Positions 13,087 through 15,238 of a stretch of DNA of 15,238 nt are shown piece by piece (positions within the stretch are counted from its first letter, which is position 1; every line of letters starts with the position of its first letter). The stretch spans positions 1-15,238 of the forward strand of contig CAYUVE010000036.1 in assembly GCA_964447985.1 (NCBI GenBank), written 5' to 3'. Source of the DNA: an uncultured Thiotrichales bacterium (GTDB lineage: Bacteria; Pseudomonadota; Gammaproteobacteria; GCA-2400775). A program made the translations under genes and the position numbers. The notes under the pieces are model-generated. The model was not told the DNA's origin, ran no database searches, and worked only from the letters and a program-made list of their open reading frames with translations.

Positions 13087-14919
13087 CTAGTTTAAGGAGT
13101 CATGGTCCTCTTTACGTATACCAAATATTTTCATTCGATAGTTGAGTGTTGAGGCTTTAATGCCCAATAATTCAGCAGCGCCATCTTTTCCCCAGACTTG
13201 CCAATTAGCACTGCGAAGTGCAGCAATAATGTTATTTTTTTCCATTTCGCGGATCTCAGCGTCCGTGAGGTAATCTGTATTTTTTGTTTTCGACTGAGAT
13301 ACTAGGGTTTCCTGAGGTGCGAGTTTAGGGAGGACTAAATCGAGCCGAGCGCGGCCGCCTTTACTTAAGATGGCAGCACGCTCAATGGTATTCTTGAGTT
13401 CTCTTATATTACCTGGCCAGTCATGTTGTTTAAGGTGATTAACTTGTTGTTTTGAGAGTTTTAATGACTCTCGACCGAGTTGTGTACAACTACGGTTAAG
13501 AAAATGTTGTGCAATGGGTGCAATATCATCGGTGCGTTCACGTAGTGGCGGTACGTTAATAGGGAAGACACTTAAACGGTAAAATAGGTCTTGGCGAAAA
13601 AGGCCTTTCTTAATCTGTTCTTCAAGATTTAAATTCGTTGCAGCAATAATGCGAACGTCCACTTTAATGGTTTTATCATCGCCTACGCGTTCAAATTCAT
13701 ATTCTTGTAATACACGTAATAATTTGCTTTGCAGATCAAGCGGAATTTCGCCAATTTCATCGAGAAATAATGTACCGCCATCGGCAAGTTGCATACGGCC
13801 TATTCGGTCTCGATGTGCACCGGTAAAGGCGCCTTTTACATGACCAAAAAATTCGCTTTCAAATAAGTCTTTCGGGATAGCGGTGCAGTTGACCTTAACT
13901 AAGGGCTTACTGCTACGATCGCTCTTAGCATGAATAGCACGTGCAATCATTTCTTTACCTACACCCGATTCGCCTAGTAATAAGACGTTGGCTTGTGTTG
14001 TGGCTACGGCATCAATCTGTGCCATGGTGCGCTTTAAGGCATCGCTATCGCCAATAATTTCTCCAAAATCAGAAGTCACATTTATTTCATCGCGTAGGTA
14101 ATCGCGTTCGAGTTCAAGTTGCTGTTTGAGGTGGTTAATTTCCCGGTAGGAAGCTTCGCGTTGTTTCTCGATTTCTTTACGTTCGGAGATATCACGAAAA
14201 ACGACAACGGCGCCAGCGAGTTTTCCGTTTTGACGAATAGGTGTGCTGGTGTATTCCACGGGTATGGGTGAGCCGTTGGCATGCCAGAATACTTCATCAT
14301 CGACATGATGTACTTCGCCGTCCTTGAGTGCGGCATAAACGGGGCATTCGTCTCGTGGATAGATTGAACCATCTACCCGGGTATGGTGATGAACATCATG
14401 AGCGGGTTTACCGATGACGTCTTCGAGTTTCCAACCAACAATTTCAGTAGACGCGGCATTGGCAAAGATGGTCATGCCATTAGCGTCTAAGCCGTAAATT
14501 CCCTCACCAGCGGCGTTAAGAATGGACGCATGTTCTGTTTCTAAGCGCTCGAGCTTGGTTAAGGCTTCGTCGAACTGATCATTATGGTTTATGTGTAGTG
14601 CTAACCATGGTTTGTCATCGTCGTCTCTCGGCAGTGACCAGGCAGACATCAAGCCATGCACGACACCGCTTTTTCCATTGATGGAGACAGGAAGAGCTTG
14701 TAGCGGTTTTTCCTCGGTCCTTGCTTGCTGCAGTGTTTCCACCAACATCGAGTCTTCTTCAATATCAAAGAGTCTATCTAACGGTAAGACAGTGTCGTCG
14801 CTATTGGCCATGCCGAGATGCTGTGCCCAGCCCTGACTGATATGCCGACAGACGAGTTGTGCATCGAGTAAGCCGAGAAGAGTCGGTGCTTCATTCAGTA
14901 GCTTTGTTGTTGTGAGCAT
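13087..14919 (-). CDS. Sigma54-dependent transcriptional activator (bacterial enhancer-binding protein) with N-terminal PAS-type sensor domains and a C-terminal Fis-type HTH
   Basis: AAA+ sigma54-interaction core: LLLGESGVGKEMIARAIH (Walker A), ESEFFGHVKGAFTGA (GAFTGA motif), GGTLFLDEIGE (Walker B), WPGNIRELKN. The N-terminus contains PAS-like repeats (GIYGLDANGMTIFANAAS...). The C-terminal HTH is AAELLGIKASTLNYRMKIFGI. Confidence 0.85.
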   Translation of the reverse strand: MLTTTKLLNEAPTLLGLLDAQLVCRHISQGWAQHLGMANSDDTVLPLDRLFDIEEDSMLVETLQQARTEEKPLQALPVSINGKSGVVHGLMSAWSLPRDDDDKPWLALHINHNDQFDEALTKLERLETEHASILNAAGEGIYGLDANGMTIFANAASTEIVGWKLEDVIGKPAHDVHHHTRVDGSIYPRDECPVYAALKDGEVHHVDDEVFWHANGSPIPVEYTSTPIRQNGKLAGAVVVFRDISERKEIEKQREASYREINHLKQQLELERDYLRDEINVTSDFGEIIGDSDALKRTMAQIDAVATTQANVLLLGESGVGKEMIARAIHAKSDRSSKPLVKVNCTAIPKDLFESEFFGHVKGAFTGAHRDRIGRMQLADGGTLFLDEIGEIPLDLQSKLLRVLQEYEFERVGDDKTIKVDVRIIAATNLNLEEQIKKGLFRQDLFYRLSVFPINVPPLRERTDDIAPIAQHFLNRSCTQLGRESLKLSKQQVNHLKQHDWPGNIRELKNTIERAAILSKGGRARLDLVLPKLAPQETLVSQSKTKNTDYLTDAEIREMEKNNIIAALRSANWQVWGKDGAAELLGIKASTLNYRMKIFGIRKEDHDSLN

Positions 14920-15084
14920 AACCTTATCTGACCTTAAATATTTGAGTATTTAACCATAAAAATTTAAGTAACTCAATATTTTGAGGTAATTAGTACGACG
15001 TAAGTCATTGTTTTTATTAAAAAACAGATTTGGTACGGAAACTGTAATAGGGCTTAGTAAGGAACAACGAGTCTAGAGTTTTAA

Positions 15085-15238
15085 ATGAAGCAATTACTAA
15101 ATCTACCACTCAGCTTTGAAGCCGCAGCAGAAAAAGTACAGGCCGTGGAAGCAGCTTGGAATACGTGTAACCCGGATATCGTCTTGCGTGAATTTAGCGC
15201 AGATTCGGTATGGCGCTATTGCGATAAGTGTTTTATCG
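15085..15238 (+). CDS. 5' part of a DUF1348/SnoaL-like (NTF2-fold) protein gene, truncated by the window end
   Basis: MKQLLNLPLSFEAAAEKVQAVEAAWNTCNPDIVLREFSADSVWRY... resembles the N-termini of DUF1348 / nuclear-transport-factor-2-like proteins. It is divergent from the sigma54 activator. Confidence 0.5.
   Translation, partial: MKQLLNLPLSFEAAAEKVQAVEAAWNTCNPDIVLREFSADSVWRYCDKCFI

Noticed and set aside
270-14836. Other internal or antisense ORFs from the six-frame track (270-473 -, 3577-3771 -, 3798-3992 -, 3848-4039 +, 6535-6783 -, 9509-9763 -, 9528-9716 -, 10777-11130 -, 11021-11215 -, 12192-12395 -, 13649-13843 +, 14082-14372 -, 14591-14836 +)
   Set aside because: Each lies wholly or largely inside a longer, well-supported CDS on the opposite strand or in another frame. 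They have no independent RBS or domain evidence.
15031-15046. Sigma54 promoter upstream of the DUF1348-like gene (TGGTAC-N5-CTGT)
   Set aside because: The -24 GG is present, but the -12 element is GT rather than GC and TTGC is matched at only 2 of 4 positions. This is too weak to list as a feature.
1-15238. CRISPR arrays, IS elements, integrases, transposases, phage genes
   Set aside because: No spaced direct-repeat arrays, no terminal inverted repeats bracketing an ORF, and no recombinase-like ORFs were seen anywhere in the window.

Overview
This window is AT-rich bacterial chromosomal sequence. Gene content and translational-coupling patterns suggest a marine gammaproteobacterium, but this is inference only. 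Three blocks are visible. (1) Positions 139-7711, all on the + strand: a hypothetical membrane protein, a GbsR/MarR-type winged-helix regulator, and a tightly coupled operon with TAATG/ATGA start-stop overlaps. The operon encodes an SDR-type NAD(P)-binding protein with a fused C-terminal membrane domain, a DUF2269 membrane protein, a DCC/DUF393 thiol-disulfide oxidoreductase, a DoxX-like membrane protein, a phytoene-desaturase-family FAD oxidoreductase, a small membrane protein and a membrane-anchored SRPBCC protein. A perfect 11-4-11 palindrome sits between the regulator and the operon. (2) Positions 7763-12408, the most interesting part. A sigma70-like promoter drives a roughly 900-nt non-coding, hairpin-rich region that carries a tRNA-like element at 8195-8266 (D-arm, anticodon arm reading GAU, and T-arm, but only 4 of 7 acceptor base pairs). 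Downstream follow a TM-less SPFH/Band-7 protein with a triplicated N-terminal beta-motif, a short-form RtcB RNA ligase with all catalytic motifs intact, a 308-aa protein with no recognisable domain, and a small basic protein. No RtcA, RtcR, Ro60 or archease is present. I read this as a candidate undescribed RtcB-centred RNA-repair or ribonucleoprotein module. (3) On the minus strand: an AlkA-like HhH-GPD DNA glycosylase and a PAS-containing sigma54-dependent activator. The activator is divergent from a partial DUF1348/SnoaL-like gene at the window end. Everything here is read from the sequence and the ORF track. No database searches were run.
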